Virus record (IMG/VR): IMGVR_UViG_3300049988_000286
Span: 320,001-384,000 of that record
Source of the DNA: a virus
Lineage: Duplodnaviria > Caudoviricetes
Length of the DNA: 64,000 nt
Strand: one strand, 5' to 3'
The notes below the pieces were generated by a model. That model had not been told where the DNA came from. It made no database searches and was given only the letters and a program-made list of their open reading frames with translations. A program made the position numbers and the translations under genes. Below, piece after piece: positions 45,535 through 55,180 of this stretch. Within the stretch, counting starts at the first letter, position 1, and each line of letters opens with the position of its first letter.

Positions 45535-46170
45535 GGTCAATTCGCCATTGTCGAAGTGATCGTGGTAAAACTCTAGCTGGTAGTCGTAGCCTTGACGGTT
45601 CTCGGGATCAGGCACACCGAGATGGCAGATCGGAACCGCCTCGCCGATGCGATCGTCCATGCGGGGGCTGCTCGGATGGATGATCGGCACCGCACCGCTG
45701 ATGTCTAGGATGAGCGTCCAGCGACCATTGATGATGTCAACTCGCATCACCTTGTCGTGAATGCTGAACACGCGGCCATATAGATCACCATTGCCGAGAA
45801 TGAGGTGATCTCCCACACTGACTTCACCCACAGCGGTGGCGAAGATGGGTTGCTGGACTTCTACTGCTTTGTGCTTCACGGTAAAGGCGCGCACAGTTTT
45901 GCGCTCGACGATCTCCCGCTCTGTGATCTCTTCGTAGATGCGGATATCGCGGATGCCCTGATACTTGATCATGTCGCGGAGATAGCCGTGGCTGATTGCT
46001 TCTCTCGCCTGTTCGAAAGTCTTGTACGTGTCGGTGATCGTAGGCTTCCATTCGGTCCACGACCAACCCTCGTGTGGATACATTGGGCAATGCTGCTGAT
46101 CGCTATAGCCCTCGACGATCCAGACGGTCTTCGTCGTCGGGTAGCTGCGCTGGAATGATCCGGTCTTCAT
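45493..46170 (-). CDS. Hypothetical protein
   Basis: GAGGG SD. Confidence 0.7.
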   Translation of the reverse strand: MKTGSFQRSYPTTKTVWIVEGYSDQQHCPMYPHEGWSWTEWKPTITDTYKTFEQAREAISHGYLRDMIKYQGIRDIRIYEEITEREIVERKTVRAFTVKHKAVEVQQPIFATAVGEVSVGDHLILGNGDLYGRVFSIHDKVMRVDIINGRWTLILDISGAVPIIHPSSPRMDDRIGEAVPICHLGVPDPENRQGYDYQLEFYHDHFDNGELTSTLTVGYTEPDME

Positions 46171-46202
46171 CCCTCATCGTTAGCGAGCCGTGCTCCCGAG
46201 CG

Positions 46203-46748
46203 TCAATTTCTTTTCAGGTCAGCGAGCATCGCCTCGATGTCGTTCCACTCCTCGTCGGTCATCGGTGTAACGGGTTCGTTCGAGGAAGGGGCAGGGGTGG
46301 GCGCGACATAGGCCTTGGCGGGCCGTTCGAGGTCGTAGGTCGTGTAGGTGCGTGACTTCTTCGGCTCTCCCGCCATGTATTGAGGGAATTCCTGCATGAG
46401 GCGCATCATGAGCTTCGGGTATAGACGATTACGCGATCCCTCGTCGTTCTTGGCCGCGTAGGTGATCCAACGCGGCTCCTGCGCAGCGATGAACTCGCGA
46501 GTGATCTGCATCACAGTGGCGAGCACGGTGGCGGCGGAACCGGTGCCGGTGAGATCAAGCGTGCCGTTGCGATAGAAGGAGAGTTCCCACCGCTGGCGCT
46601 CGTAATACTTCTCCTTGAACAAGACTTTGAACAGACCGTCGCCGATCTGGAACTCTGCCATGATCTCTTGGGCAGTCTCATCCTCCCAATGTGTCCAGTG
46701 GAAGGGTTGAACTTGATTGAAGGCCTCCGTGATCTCGTGATATCTCAT
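46203..46748 (-). CDS. Putative internal virion protein (paralog of 36545)
   Basis: MRYHEITEAF; LTGTG...VLATV...SRNRLY. Confidence 0.7.
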   Translation of the reverse strand: MRYHEITEAFNQVQPFHWTHWEDETAQEIMAEFQIGDGLFKVLFKEKYYERQRWELSFYRNGTLDLTGTGSAATVLATVMQITREFIAAQEPRWITYAAKNDEGSRNRLYPKLMMRLMQEFPQYMAGEPKKSRTYTTYDLERPAKAYVAPTPAPSSNEPVTPMTDEEWNDIEAMLADLKRN

Positions 46749-47551
46749 GTTGTCACCATAGGAGCGGAGGATTTGAAAGGATGTCCGGATGGCAGCGAGG
46801 CAGTAGTCCCCCAACGATGCGCGAGATAGCCCTCCAGCTTTTGCCTATCAGTCGTGCCGAGCAGATAGTCGAACAGTAATAGCTCTTGAAGCCCCTGAAC
46901 GGGCGGGTTCGGGGTGTAGTAGGGCATCTGCCCGATGGTGACTCGCGCTCCCGTTGGCGAGGATCGGAAGTTGTCCCCGCCATTGACACCATTGGCCCAC
47001 ACGCTTGTGACCTGCGCGCCGTCTTGCTGCACGGTGAAGCCAACGATCTGGGGGACTGCGACGGACGCTCCAGTGCCCTGAAAGCGTGATCCTCCAGCGA
47101 AGTCGATAGCGGCAGTACCGTTACGGATGACCAACGTGCGGACATCCTGTGTGGCATCGGTGGCGCGCCCAGTCGCGGCGACGATCGCTTCGCCGCCCGT
47201 GTTGTCGCGAGCGACTGCGAACATCGAACTAGAAAACGCTCCCTGATTGGTGGCGAGATCAATCGTTAGTGGGTTCGAACCCAACAGAATAGCGGGTTTG
47301 TTGTTGTCACTAGCACTGGTGCTTGATCTCGTTGGCTGCCCGGAATCCGTGGTAGTCTGTGCCTGACCGCCTTTGTAACCCTTGTTGGTCCATACGGCGT
47401 ATGAACTACGAAAGCCGCCCACCGTTGTGAATGACGATGCGTCCATTGCATCGAACCATCCTGCCGGGGGTTGAGCGAGGTTGGCTGGAGTCCAGAGGGT
47501 TTGAACCAGCGCCACAAGGGTTTGCGCCGCAACACTACCAAGGAGCATCAT
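46745..47551 (-). CDS. Concanavalin A/LamG-like structural protein
   Basis: WFDAMD...ELLLFD...RQKLEGYLAHRWG. Confidence 0.65.
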   Translation of the reverse strand: MMLLGSVAAQTLVALVQTLWTPANLAQPPAGWFDAMDASSFTTVGGFRSSYAVWTNKGYKGGQAQTTTDSGQPTRSSTSASDNNKPAILLGSNPLTIDLATNQGAFSSSMFAVARDNTGGEAIVAATGRATDATQDVRTLVIRNGTAAIDFAGGSRFQGTGASVAVPQIVGFTVQQDGAQVTSVWANGVNGGDNFRSSPTGARVTIGQMPYYTPNPPVQGLQELLLFDYLLGTTDRQKLEGYLAHRWGTTASLPSGHPFKSSAPMVTT

Positions 47552-47955
47552 GCGACCAAAGCTCCCACGAGCGCCCACGTGTCAGTCGCGACCTTGACCA
47601 GCGTTGCCGCCGCATATTGCCCCTTCATCTTGACGTAAGCGGTATCGCTTTGAAGCGTCACGCCCGCAGCGGCGACGAAACTGGTTTGCCCCGCCCCAAC
47701 CTGCTGCACATCGATGCGTGTGCCGATCGCCAGCGCAACAGAGGCATTGGTGGGAACGGTGTAGGTGTTGGGAGTGGCGACATCCATGCGCACGAAGGCT
47801 TCCGCATCCCCGGCCGCGATTGTGGTCGATGCCGTGTAGGTGTTGACGACGGTCTTGCGCGGCAGCAGGGTGAGGACATTCGACAGAAGGGCATTGAGGG
47901 TATCGCGAACATCTTTGCCGGTCGAACCGTTGAGAATGCTGGTCAGGATGGTCAT
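47548..47955 (-). CDS. Small virion structural/fibre protein
   Basis: TVPTNASVA...GTRI...QVGAGQ...VKVATDTWALVG; TAAATA-N4-ATG. Confidence 0.7.
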   Translation of the reverse strand: MTILTSILNGSTGKDVRDTLNALLSNVLTLLPRKTVVNTYTASTTIAAGDAEAFVRMDVATPNTYTVPTNASVALAIGTRIDVQQVGAGQTSFVAAAGVTLQSDTAYVKMKGQYAAATLVKVATDTWALVGALVA

Positions 47956-48003
47956 GCCGTATTTAGCGTTGCGGAAAGGGCAGTTCCCCGCTACCTCACT
48001 GGT

Positions 48004-48291
48004 ATGAACGTGCGACACGAGGTCACTTTGACCTTCCCCCAACTAAAAGCGCTGATGGCGAGTGCTCGACGGAACAACATCCCCATTACGCAGACATTCG
48101 GAATATGTTGTTCGGATGGCGAAGGGGTTTACAGCGAATGGAAGGAGTATCGGGGTTCGCGTGTCTACACCAAGGCTCGCAATTGTGTTGATCCCCATAT
48201 CTATCCCTTCTACGAGGATGCGCGTGATCCTTGTCCCGCCACACTGCTCGTTCGTGACCGCGACTATGAACTCTTTCGATTGATGATCTGA
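48004..48291 (+). CDS. Family A paralog (dispersed)
   Basis: ARRNNIPI...VRDRDYELFRL. Confidence 0.65.
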   Translation: MNVRHEVTLTFPQLKALMASARRNNIPITQTFGICCSDGEGVYSEWKEYRGSRVYTKARNCVDPHIYPFYEDARDPCPATLLVRDRDYELFRLMI

Positions 48292-48818
48292 TGCCATTGA
48301 CTGTCGATAACGTGATTGAAATGCGGGCGCGTGCCCGCGAAACAAAGCGCCTTGATCTGCGTGGCAATGCTGCGCGATACGGGGTCAGCCATCCCACGAT
48401 CTATCTCGCTATGACGGGGCGGACCTTCAAACTCGTTCCCGGTCCGTTGTCGAAGGATGAGTATGAGGTCACCAACGGGCGTACCCACAAGATGACCGCC
48501 GAGGACATCGCCGCAATCGTGGAGTTGCGCGAGAGCAACCCCGGTCTATGGACCTATGCGACGCTTGCCCAGCGGTGCAATCGGATGCATGGAATGCACT
48601 ACGGGCCGAGTAACGTTCAGCGATTGATCGAGAAGGCTGCGGGCAAGAGGATCAAGCGACCGATGAGCGACACGGCAACACCGCGTAAGAAACGCGAGAA
48701 GAAGCCCACGGTGGCCAAGCCGATCGCCGCCCCGGCGGGAATGAAGACGATTGATACCTCGTCGGCGGAGGCCCGTCGCGCTCTGGCGGCGAGGTTGATT
48801 GCGGGTCGTGGGAAATGA
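48291..48818 (+). CDS. Tandem HTH DNA-binding protein
   Basis: NAARYGVSHPTIY; YATLAQR...SNVQRLI; basic tail. Confidence 0.65.
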   Translation: MPLTVDNVIEMRARARETKRLDLRGNAARYGVSHPTIYLAMTGRTFKLVPGPLSKDEYEVTNGRTHKMTAEDIAAIVELRESNPGLWTYATLAQRCNRMHGMHYGPSNVQRLIEKAAGKRIKRPMSDTATPRKKREKKPTVAKPIAAPAGMKTIDTSSAEARRALAARLIAGRGK

Positions 48819-49030
48819 TCGAGGAACTGCTCCTCGATCAGCCCATTGGTGGTGAACCGCTCAACCTTGCCGATGACACCATCACGGAGGAGACGCTTCG
48901 CGCCGCGATGCGTCATGCCTTCAAGGAATCGCTCAACACCTTCATCTCGCCCGCTGCGGCGGGGCTGTTAGCTGATCGAGCCCGTGTCTACCAGAAGATG
49001 CTGCTCGACTTTGCGCAGAGCGGCGGTTGA
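48815..49030 (+). CDS. Hypothetical protein
   Basis: Overlapping operon member. Confidence 0.55.
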   Translation: MIEELLLDQPIGGEPLNLADDTITEETLRAAMRHAFKESLNTFISPAAAGLLADRARVYQKMLLDFAQSGG

Positions 49031-49287
49031 TGACGCGCTGTCGCATCAAGATGCCCGATGGAGAAACGCTACTCGCGAGCGTCATCTTGCTGCAATCTCA
49101 CCACCGCGTGCTGGCGCTCACCGATGTCGATGAAGAGAATTGGGCATGTGTGGTAATGGGAATACGCGAGGAGGGCGACCCCGCTGATCTATTCAGGGTT
49201 CGGACGAGGAGTGCCCTCTTCCCGATCGAGAGCCTCAAATTCGACGCCGATCACTTCCTCGACATGTGGGCGCTCGGAAAGAAATGA
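49027..49287 (+). CDS. Hypothetical protein
   Basis: Overlapping operon member. Confidence 0.55.
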   Translation: MMTRCRIKMPDGETLLASVILLQSHHRVLALTDVDEENWACVVMGIREEGDPADLFRVRTRSALFPIESLKFDADHFLDMWALGKK

Positions 49288-49730
49288 CTGACACCAGTGA
49301 TATCGTTTATCGTCTCCGCAAACGCGCGGAGATCAGGCGCAGCATTGTGACGCGGAAATCAGTTCAAGAAGGGCAGCCCGATCGGATAGCCCTTCTCCTC
49401 GACGAAGCCGCCGACGAGATCACCCGCCTTCGTGCCACGGTGGTGGAGAGTTGGCACATCCTCATCGATGACTGGGACGATGATCTCGTCTATGCGCGTG
49501 CTAAGTCGTTGAAGAACGAGGATAAAGCCGAATATGAGGCAGAGATTGCCCGCGATAAGTTTGACGGCATAGAGTTACTACGCGGCCTCATCCTGTGCAT
49601 GACACTTTGGAGTGATGAGCGCGTGACCTTCGAGACTATCCCACGTCGCGCCGAGGACATCCAGCGTAGTGAGTCACAGGCCGAGCAACTCTGCGCTCTG
49701 CTGGATCAGATACGCGATGACGAGGAATAG
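49284..49730 (+). CDS. Hypothetical protein
   Basis: DIVYRLRKRAEIRR...PDRIA.LL.EAADEI. Confidence 0.65.
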   Translation: MTDTSDIVYRLRKRAEIRRSIVTRKSVQEGQPDRIALLLDEAADEITRLRATVVESWHILIDDWDDDLVYARAKSLKNEDKAEYEAEIARDKFDGIELLRGLILCMTLWSDERVTFETIPRRAEDIQRSESQAEQLCALLDQIRDDEE

Positions 49731-50470
49731 AGGGCAACGATCTCGGGTTTGCTGATGCTCGGATTACCCGCCGTGTCGTGCTTGACGCCCTCGTAGTCGA
49801 GCGTCTCGAAGCGCTTCCTTACATCCTCGCCACCTCGAATGAAGTAGTGGCTCGCGTCCGCGATCTTGTCGCTGATTGTTTTTACCGCCCCGGCCCGAGC
49901 GCCCACGCGTTGCACAGCGAAGTCCCCTTCTCCGCGCTTCACGAACGCAAAATCGTCATGCTGGCTTGGTGCTGTGATCCGCAGTCGCTGGTAGTCGCGG
50001 CGTTCCCAAATCTGAAAGCAGCACGGCACATCGTAGGGCTGTCCCTCGAACACGAAGGAGAATGGCGCGAGCGTCTCGTCGCTGACAAGATGGTAGGCGG
50101 GGTCGAGACGATTGATCACGCTGGGCTTGCGAAAGGTTCGAGGCACGATCATGGCGATGATGCGCGCGCCCGCGCAGTGGTTGAAGAAACGGACTGCGAG
50201 ACTGGCATTCTTTCCGAAGGGAGGGTTTCCGACGACGACAAGATCACCCGCTGGGATAGATTGTTCAAGAAAGTTACCTTCAATGACCCCATGATGACGG
50301 GGGTCGAGATCAAAGCCTAGACGGCGGTCAGCGGGCATGAGGGAGAAGAACGCCCCCGTGCCAGCACTAGGTTCCAACCATGTCGTCATCTTGGTGTCGT
50401 AGCGAAGACAATACTGGAATAAGCGGGTAGCTACAGCATCGTGGGTGTAAAACTGATCTAGACTCTTCAC
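49706..50470 (-). CDS. Orphan N6-adenine/N4-cytosine DNA methyltransferase
   Basis: DQFYT, LEPSAGTGAF, GNPPF. Confidence 0.85.
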   Translation of the reverse strand: MKSLDQFYTHDAVATRLFQYCLRYDTKMTTWLEPSAGTGAFFSLMPADRRLGFDLDPRHHGVIEGNFLEQSIPAGDLVVVGNPPFGKNASLAVRFFNHCAGARIIAMIVPRTFRKPSVINRLDPAYHLVSDETLAPFSFVFEGQPYDVPCCFQIWERRDYQRLRITAPSQHDDFAFVKRGEGDFAVQRVGARAGAVKTISDKIADASHYFIRGGEDVRKRFETLDYEGVKHDTAGNPSISKPEIVALYSSSSRI

Positions 50471-50554
50471 TCCCCGAGTATATCTTTACGATCAGCTTCG
50501 TGCCTTATTGATCGTTTTTGTTCTTGCGTGACCGACGAACTATGCTAGAACGGT

Positions 50555-50761
50555 GTGATGAAATTCTTTCTCGCCACCTTCCAGCTTGAGACGGTTCGTC
50601 GCGATGACGGTACCACGCACGAGCGGGTAACACGGCTCATCATCGTCGATGACGATCAGGATCAGGGCGACGCGAGGGACAAGCTCTATGCCACCTATCC
50701 GGAAGACTATTACTCCTACCACGACATCACCGAACTGGTGATCACGGAGGCGATCCAGTGA
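50555..50761 (+). CDS. Hypothetical protein
   Basis: ORF track. Confidence 0.6.
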   Translation: MMKFFLATFQLETVRRDDGTTHERVTRLIIVDDDQDQGDARDKLYATYPEDYYSYHDITELVITEAIQ

Positions 50762-51429
50762 AGATCATTCGTGGCCACGACTATTACGACTCGGCTGCCC
50801 AATACGGCATCGACGAGACGGTCAAGTTCGTGCGGGAAGCGCGAGACATGAAGGAGCGGTTCTTCCCGCCGCAGATTCGCGTTCCCAGCGAAGGTCGTAA
50901 CTGGCGTGCCCCCGAATATTCAATCATCTGGGTGGCGGTGGGACCGAGGCTCTATCGCGGCGTCAAATACCAGCCGGATGCGTGGACGGAAACGGAAAGC
51001 TATTGCTGGTCGGAAACCGCCTATCGTGCACTGCGCGCCAAGAACGGTAACCCGGTAGGCGAAGAAACGCGACGACGCTATTACGCTAAACGCGACGTGG
51101 CGGTCGAAACCGTGGAGGGATATTTCAAGGTCATCGACACCCCGAAGGACATGCTCGACTGCATGGTTCGGGAGGGCATGGCGATCCTCCGCTGGGAGCG
51201 CATCGGCGAGCGTGATTTCCTGACCGGTAATCCTGAAAATCTGCGCCGAAACGAGTTCTTCAAGGCACTCGATGCCTTCACGATCCATCAGGAGATCGAG
51301 ATGTTCGTCTCTGGAGTGTTGGCGGGTCAGAGTCCCGCCACGGTGGAAATCACAGACAACCGTGTCAAGATCGAGAAGCATGGCTTCGACTTCAAGACTT
51401 CTTTTAGAAAATCAAAGCAAGGGGAATAA
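50758..51429 (+). CDS. Hypothetical phage protein
   Basis: MKIIRGHDYYD...QEIEMFVSG...KIEKHGFD. Confidence 0.75.
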   Translation: MKIIRGHDYYDSAAQYGIDETVKFVREARDMKERFFPPQIRVPSEGRNWRAPEYSIIWVAVGPRLYRGVKYQPDAWTETESYCWSETAYRALRAKNGNPVGEETRRRYYAKRDVAVETVEGYFKVIDTPKDMLDCMVREGMAILRWERIGERDFLTGNPENLRRNEFFKALDAFTIHQEIEMFVSGVLAGQSPATVEITDNRVKIEKHGFDFKTSFRKSKQGE

Positions 51430-52007
51430 TGATGGGCTACGCAATTGGAATTCTCATCGGTTTCGGCGTCCTCGCCGCCGCCGTGGTGTGGCTGATCTTG
51501 TCGGCAACGACGGCATCGCGAACGGTGCGCGCGACGGTCTCGCTCGCCGCGTTCCTGATCGTCGGTGCGCTGTCCTTCTGGATCGCGCGCCCGTGGGCGT
51601 TCATCGACAACTACGAACTCGGCTACGTGTATAATCGGGTCGATGGTAGGATCACTGTCGCGCCGCACACCGGCTACATCGCGCGCGTACCGTTCTTCGA
51701 GAACGTCCACATGATCGATCTGCGTCCGCGACAGGTCTGCATCAACGTCGGTGGCAACTCCAACGGCTCGTTCTCGATCAATCAGCGCGTCCTCAACTGC
51801 AAGCTGGTGTCCTTCAACCCGGCGGGTCTCAACACCTTCGTCGCGTGGCATGGTCGCAACGACTACGAAGGCGAGACGCTCAATGATCTGCTCAAGATTT
51901 ACGCCTATGATCCCGGCGGTCGCACCTTCCCGTTCCTCACCGTGAGCGACGAGACGCGAGCGGTAGCGACGGGTTCGACGCCGATCGGCGCGCCGGTGAC
52001 CCAGTGA
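51429..52007 (+). CDS. Membrane protein, truncated SPFH/band-7-like
   Basis: 2 TM, then ELGY...G...GY...VPFF..V..ID.RP. Confidence 0.55.
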   Translation: MMGYAIGILIGFGVLAAAVVWLILSATTASRTVRATVSLAAFLIVGALSFWIARPWAFIDNYELGYVYNRVDGRITVAPHTGYIARVPFFENVHMIDLRPRQVCINVGGNSNGSFSINQRVLNCKLVSFNPAGLNTFVAWHGRNDYEGETLNDLLKIYAYDPGGRTFPFLTVSDETRAVATGSTPIGAPVTQ

Positions 52008-52432
52008 GGGCGTGGATCGCAGGACTGGTCGTGGGAGGGTTGGCAATTCTCGCCCTCCTGCTGACCGTCAATCATGTCGAGCCCGGTGAGGCCGGGCTGG
52101 CGTGGAACCCGTTTCGTGGAACGGTCGTGGTGCAGACGCCGGGATATTACGTCACCCCGCCATGGGAGCGGGTGGCTTCGATCGACATCCGCCCACAGCG
52201 ACTGTGCCTCACCTCCTCCGCGCACGCGGCACCCAATTGCCGACTCGCGCAGTTCAGGATCGAGCGCGTCAACGACTTCATCGCGGTAGAGGGCTGGCGT
52301 TACTACTGGCTCGCCAATCGGCTATCGTTCAACTCCGGACACGCAGAAACGTATCGGGGCTGGCGTGATGTGATGCGCGGTTACGCGTTCGCGCACAAGC
52401 CGGTGTCATTCATCGACGTTCAGGAACAGTAA
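52004..52432 (+). CDS. Membrane protein, truncated SPFH/band-7-like (paralog)
   Basis: VEPGEAGL...PGYY..PPWE.V..IDIRP. Confidence 0.55.
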   Translation: MRAWIAGLVVGGLAILALLLTVNHVEPGEAGLAWNPFRGTVVVQTPGYYVTPPWERVASIDIRPQRLCLTSSAHAAPNCRLAQFRIERVNDFIAVEGWRYYWLANRLSFNSGHAETYRGWRDVMRGYAFAHKPVSFIDVQEQ

Positions 52433-52966
52433 TTACTCTCCCGCCTCGCGAGCGACGATCATGACGTTCTCGGGGCGGAAGACCACGATCTGACCTCTGA
52501 TCTGGCTCGACGCGTCATAACCCCCTACGAAGTCCGTGTAGGCAAGGAAGCGATTGAAGTCGGTCATACGCTTCGCCATGTCGAGGAAGTCGTCATAGTC
52601 ATAGCGGCTGTTTGTGTCAGGACCGAAGGTGTCATCCATGAACAGGCAATGGCCCTCATAGGCGGCGCGCATCTTTGCTTCGCGGTCACCGAGATCGAGT
52701 AGCGGACCCTTCTTGATGTAGCAGGAAAGGACGAAGCCTTTGGACCTCGCCCATGTGTTGGCGAGCCATTTCACATCGGTGACATAGACGCCCTGACCGA
52801 GTTCATCATAGCCTCGTGTCTTCGGCAGCCGAAAACCAGTGAAGCGGCGGTTGGTGCCGTGGTAGAGGATACGGGTGGTATCGAAGCCTTGTGCCTCTGC
52901 TTCGGCTTGCATTTTGGGAGAGATCGTCTTCATGATCCGCTCGCAGAGAATTTCATCGAAACGCAT
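52433..52966 (-). CDS. Putative internal virion protein, ART-like fold
   Basis: MRFDEILCE; LYHGT...GQGVYVT...A..WA...QIVVFRPE; TAAATA-N4-ATG. Confidence 0.65.
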   Translation of the reverse strand: MRFDEILCERIMKTISPKMQAEAEAQGFDTTRILYHGTNRRFTGFRLPKTRGYDELGQGVYVTDVKWLANTWARSKGFVLSCYIKKGPLLDLGDREAKMRAAYEGHCLFMDDTFGPDTNSRYDYDDFLDMAKRMTDFNRFLAYTDFVGGYDASSQIRGQIVVFRPENVMIVAREAGE

Positions 52967-53037
52967 CCGCTATTTAATCAAATAGTCCTTGACCGTTTGG
53001 CGAACTATGGTGTAGATGGTCGCCAAGGAGCAATGCT

Positions 53038-53259
53038 ATGCAGATCAAGACCCCCGTCGCCTACGCGGATCGTCGCGATGTCGTCCTCTCGAACGTCAAG
53101 GCGGGCTCCGTCGCGCGCGGACGCGAGAACATCCTCTACGCGCAGGTGCATGACCTCGATGGTGAACTCATCATGTCGGCGACGCTGGGGGATATCCTCG
53201 CCGCCGCTGCGGAGCGGGGCTACAACTTCGTCTCCCCGCGCTCGGATAACGCACGGTGA
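53038..53259 (+). CDS. Hypothetical protein
   Basis: AAGGAG SD; promoter 52989. Confidence 0.65.
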   Translation: MQIKTPVAYADRRDVVLSNVKAGSVARGRENILYAQVHDLDGELIMSATLGDILAAAAERGYNFVSPRSDNAR

Positions 53260-53900
53260 CCCTCGTTGCCAAAGCGGAAAACCGCGTGGAGACTCTGACT
53301 GCCGAGGTCGCCGATCTCAAGGACGATATCTCTTGGGGGATGTACTCCAAGGACAATGAGGGCCAGCGCAAGCTGCGCGACAAACAGGAGGAGTTGCGTT
53401 CTGCCGAGCGTGCCCTCACCGCCGCGAAGTATGATAGCGCCGTCGCGCCCGGTATCTCGGTTGATCGTCTCGATCGTCTCGCCGCCGAGCGTCGGCACAT
53501 CTATGGCACGATCGAGGCGATGGCTCGCCGTATCGCCGTAATGCGGAACAAGTGCGTGCGGGGGTTCAACTTCAAGTCGGTCGAACGCCACGAGATCAAC
53601 GACTTCGATCGCGACGAGTGGGAATATCGGACCGACAAGGACTCGACCGAGGAATTCCTCCACGTCACCTTCATGCGCTACTACATGTGCGACGGCGAGT
53701 CGGCGGAGATCAGCTTCCCGCTCACCTACCTCGACGATCCCGACTGGGAGAAGACGGAGGCGGATGTGCTGCGCGCCAAGGAAGAGGCACGCCTCGAAGC
53801 CTTGACGGCTAGCTGTCGGTTGGGCGAGGAACAGCGCATCCTCGATGAGCGCGCCCAATACGAGCGCTTGTCCAAGATTTACGGACCGAAGCCGGACTGA
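53256..53900 (+). CDS. Hypothetical coiled-coil protein
   Basis: ORF track. Confidence 0.7.
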   Translation: MTLVAKAENRVETLTAEVADLKDDISWGMYSKDNEGQRKLRDKQEELRSAERALTAAKYDSAVAPGISVDRLDRLAAERRHIYGTIEAMARRIAVMRNKCVRGFNFKSVERHEINDFDRDEWEYRTDKDSTEEFLHVTFMRYYMCDGESAEISFPLTYLDDPDWEKTEADVLRAKEEARLEALTASCRLGEEQRILDERAQYERLSKIYGPKPD

Positions 53901-54157
53901 TGCTAGTCGAGATTGAGTTTTACGGCACGGAAGCGCAGATCGCCGCCGATCTGAACGCACTGCGCCGCAATGGCGTCCCGTTCATCGGTGTTTCGCGGGA
54001 TCGTTCCGATCGGCTATATCATAGCTCTCGCACCATAATTGTGAATTTCAAGAACGACGGGTCTTTGCCGTACCATTGGGCCACGCATGTGCGTTCTCGT
54101 GACATCGATCTCGTGAAATTGATTACTCAACACGTCGTAGGTGTCTTGACAAGATAG
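53900..54157 (+). CDS. Family A paralog (dispersed)
   Basis: LRRNGVPF...VRSRDIDLVKL. Confidence 0.7.
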   Translation: MLVEIEFYGTEAQIAADLNALRRNGVPFIGVSRDRSDRLYHSSRTIIVNFKNDGSLPYHWATHVRSRDIDLVKLITQHVVGVLTR

Positions 54158-54197
54158 TTCGGTGTGCTATTAGGGCGGCTCGAAAGGACACCTGAAG

Positions 54198-54638
54198 ATG
54201 AAGATCGAAACCATCCGTTCGCAGATCGAAAACAGCGTGATTGAGACCATCGTGGTCGATGAGGCGATTGTTCGAGATTTTAACGGCATGATGCCGCTTC
54301 AATACAGTCGCTTGGATTTTCTCAAACTGATGCGCGGCAATGGCGAATCTGGAGTTTATCTCGAAAGGTGGGACACCTATCCCACGGGAGCAGCTATCCG
54401 ACCAACCATCGTCGGCGTCGGCGTTTACGGTTACAAGATTACGTTGAACAAGCACACCTTCGGTCTGACGCTGAACGAATTCACGGCTGGGGTTGGTCAC
54501 ACGGTTCAGCCCACAGCGTTGCTTGATGAGCTTGCACCGGGTGGTTGGACGACGTGGGGTGGCATCTTGTTCTTTACGGAATCCGTTGATGCCCAGCGTG
54601 TTCGAAATCACTTCAACACCGCTTCAAACGCGTTCTGA
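54198..54638 (+). CDS. Hypothetical protein
   Basis: AAGGA SD; promoter 54146. Confidence 0.65.
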   Translation: MKIETIRSQIENSVIETIVVDEAIVRDFNGMMPLQYSRLDFLKLMRGNGESGVYLERWDTYPTGAAIRPTIVGVGVYGYKITLNKHTFGLTLNEFTAGVGHTVQPTALLDELAPGGWTTWGGILFFTESVDAQRVRNHFNTASNAF

Positions 54639-54719
54639 TACTTCAGATTCCGTTCGCTTCATGTAAAAAGCACTTGACGACATAGTTCGGTGTGCTATTA
54701 GGGCGGGGAGGAGAACACA

Positions 54720-55172
54720 ATGACTTACCCCGCTCTTACCGCTCACACGGACAATTTCACCTCGGTGCAGGTTTCGGTCCTGAACGTGAATGCGTCGGGG
54801 GTCGTCCTCATGGTCCACCAGTTGAGCGACGATACCGTCGTGGGCACCGCGATGCTGCCCGAGGAAGTGCTGGCGCGGACCGACTGGATCGTTCAGTCGT
54901 GCGTCCACCCGCTCGGTAGCGAAATTCCCGCAACGTCGTTCAACGATTCGCGCAAGCCCTTCAATGACTTGAAGGCCATCTCGGATGAGTTGGCGAGGCT
55001 TCGCGACGAGTATTGGATGAGCAACGGCGAGCGCTTCCGGGAACTCGACGGCCCGCATGGCTTGGTGCAACTCACCTCGCACCGCGTCACCTTGCTGCGA
55101 TTCATCGCGCTGGTGTCGTTCGTGGCAATGACGGGCATGTGGCCCAAAGATTTCGACCGTCTCGGACTTTGA
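54720..55172 (+). CDS. Hypothetical protein
   Basis: GAGGAG SD; promoter 54674. Confidence 0.7.
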   Translation: MTYPALTAHTDNFTSVQVSVLNVNASGVVLMVHQLSDDTVVGTAMLPEEVLARTDWIVQSCVHPLGSEIPATSFNDSRKPFNDLKAISDELARLRDEYWMSNGERFRELDGPHGLVQLTSHRVTLLRFIALVSFVAMTGMWPKDFDRLGL

Positions 55173-55180
55173 GGATAGAC

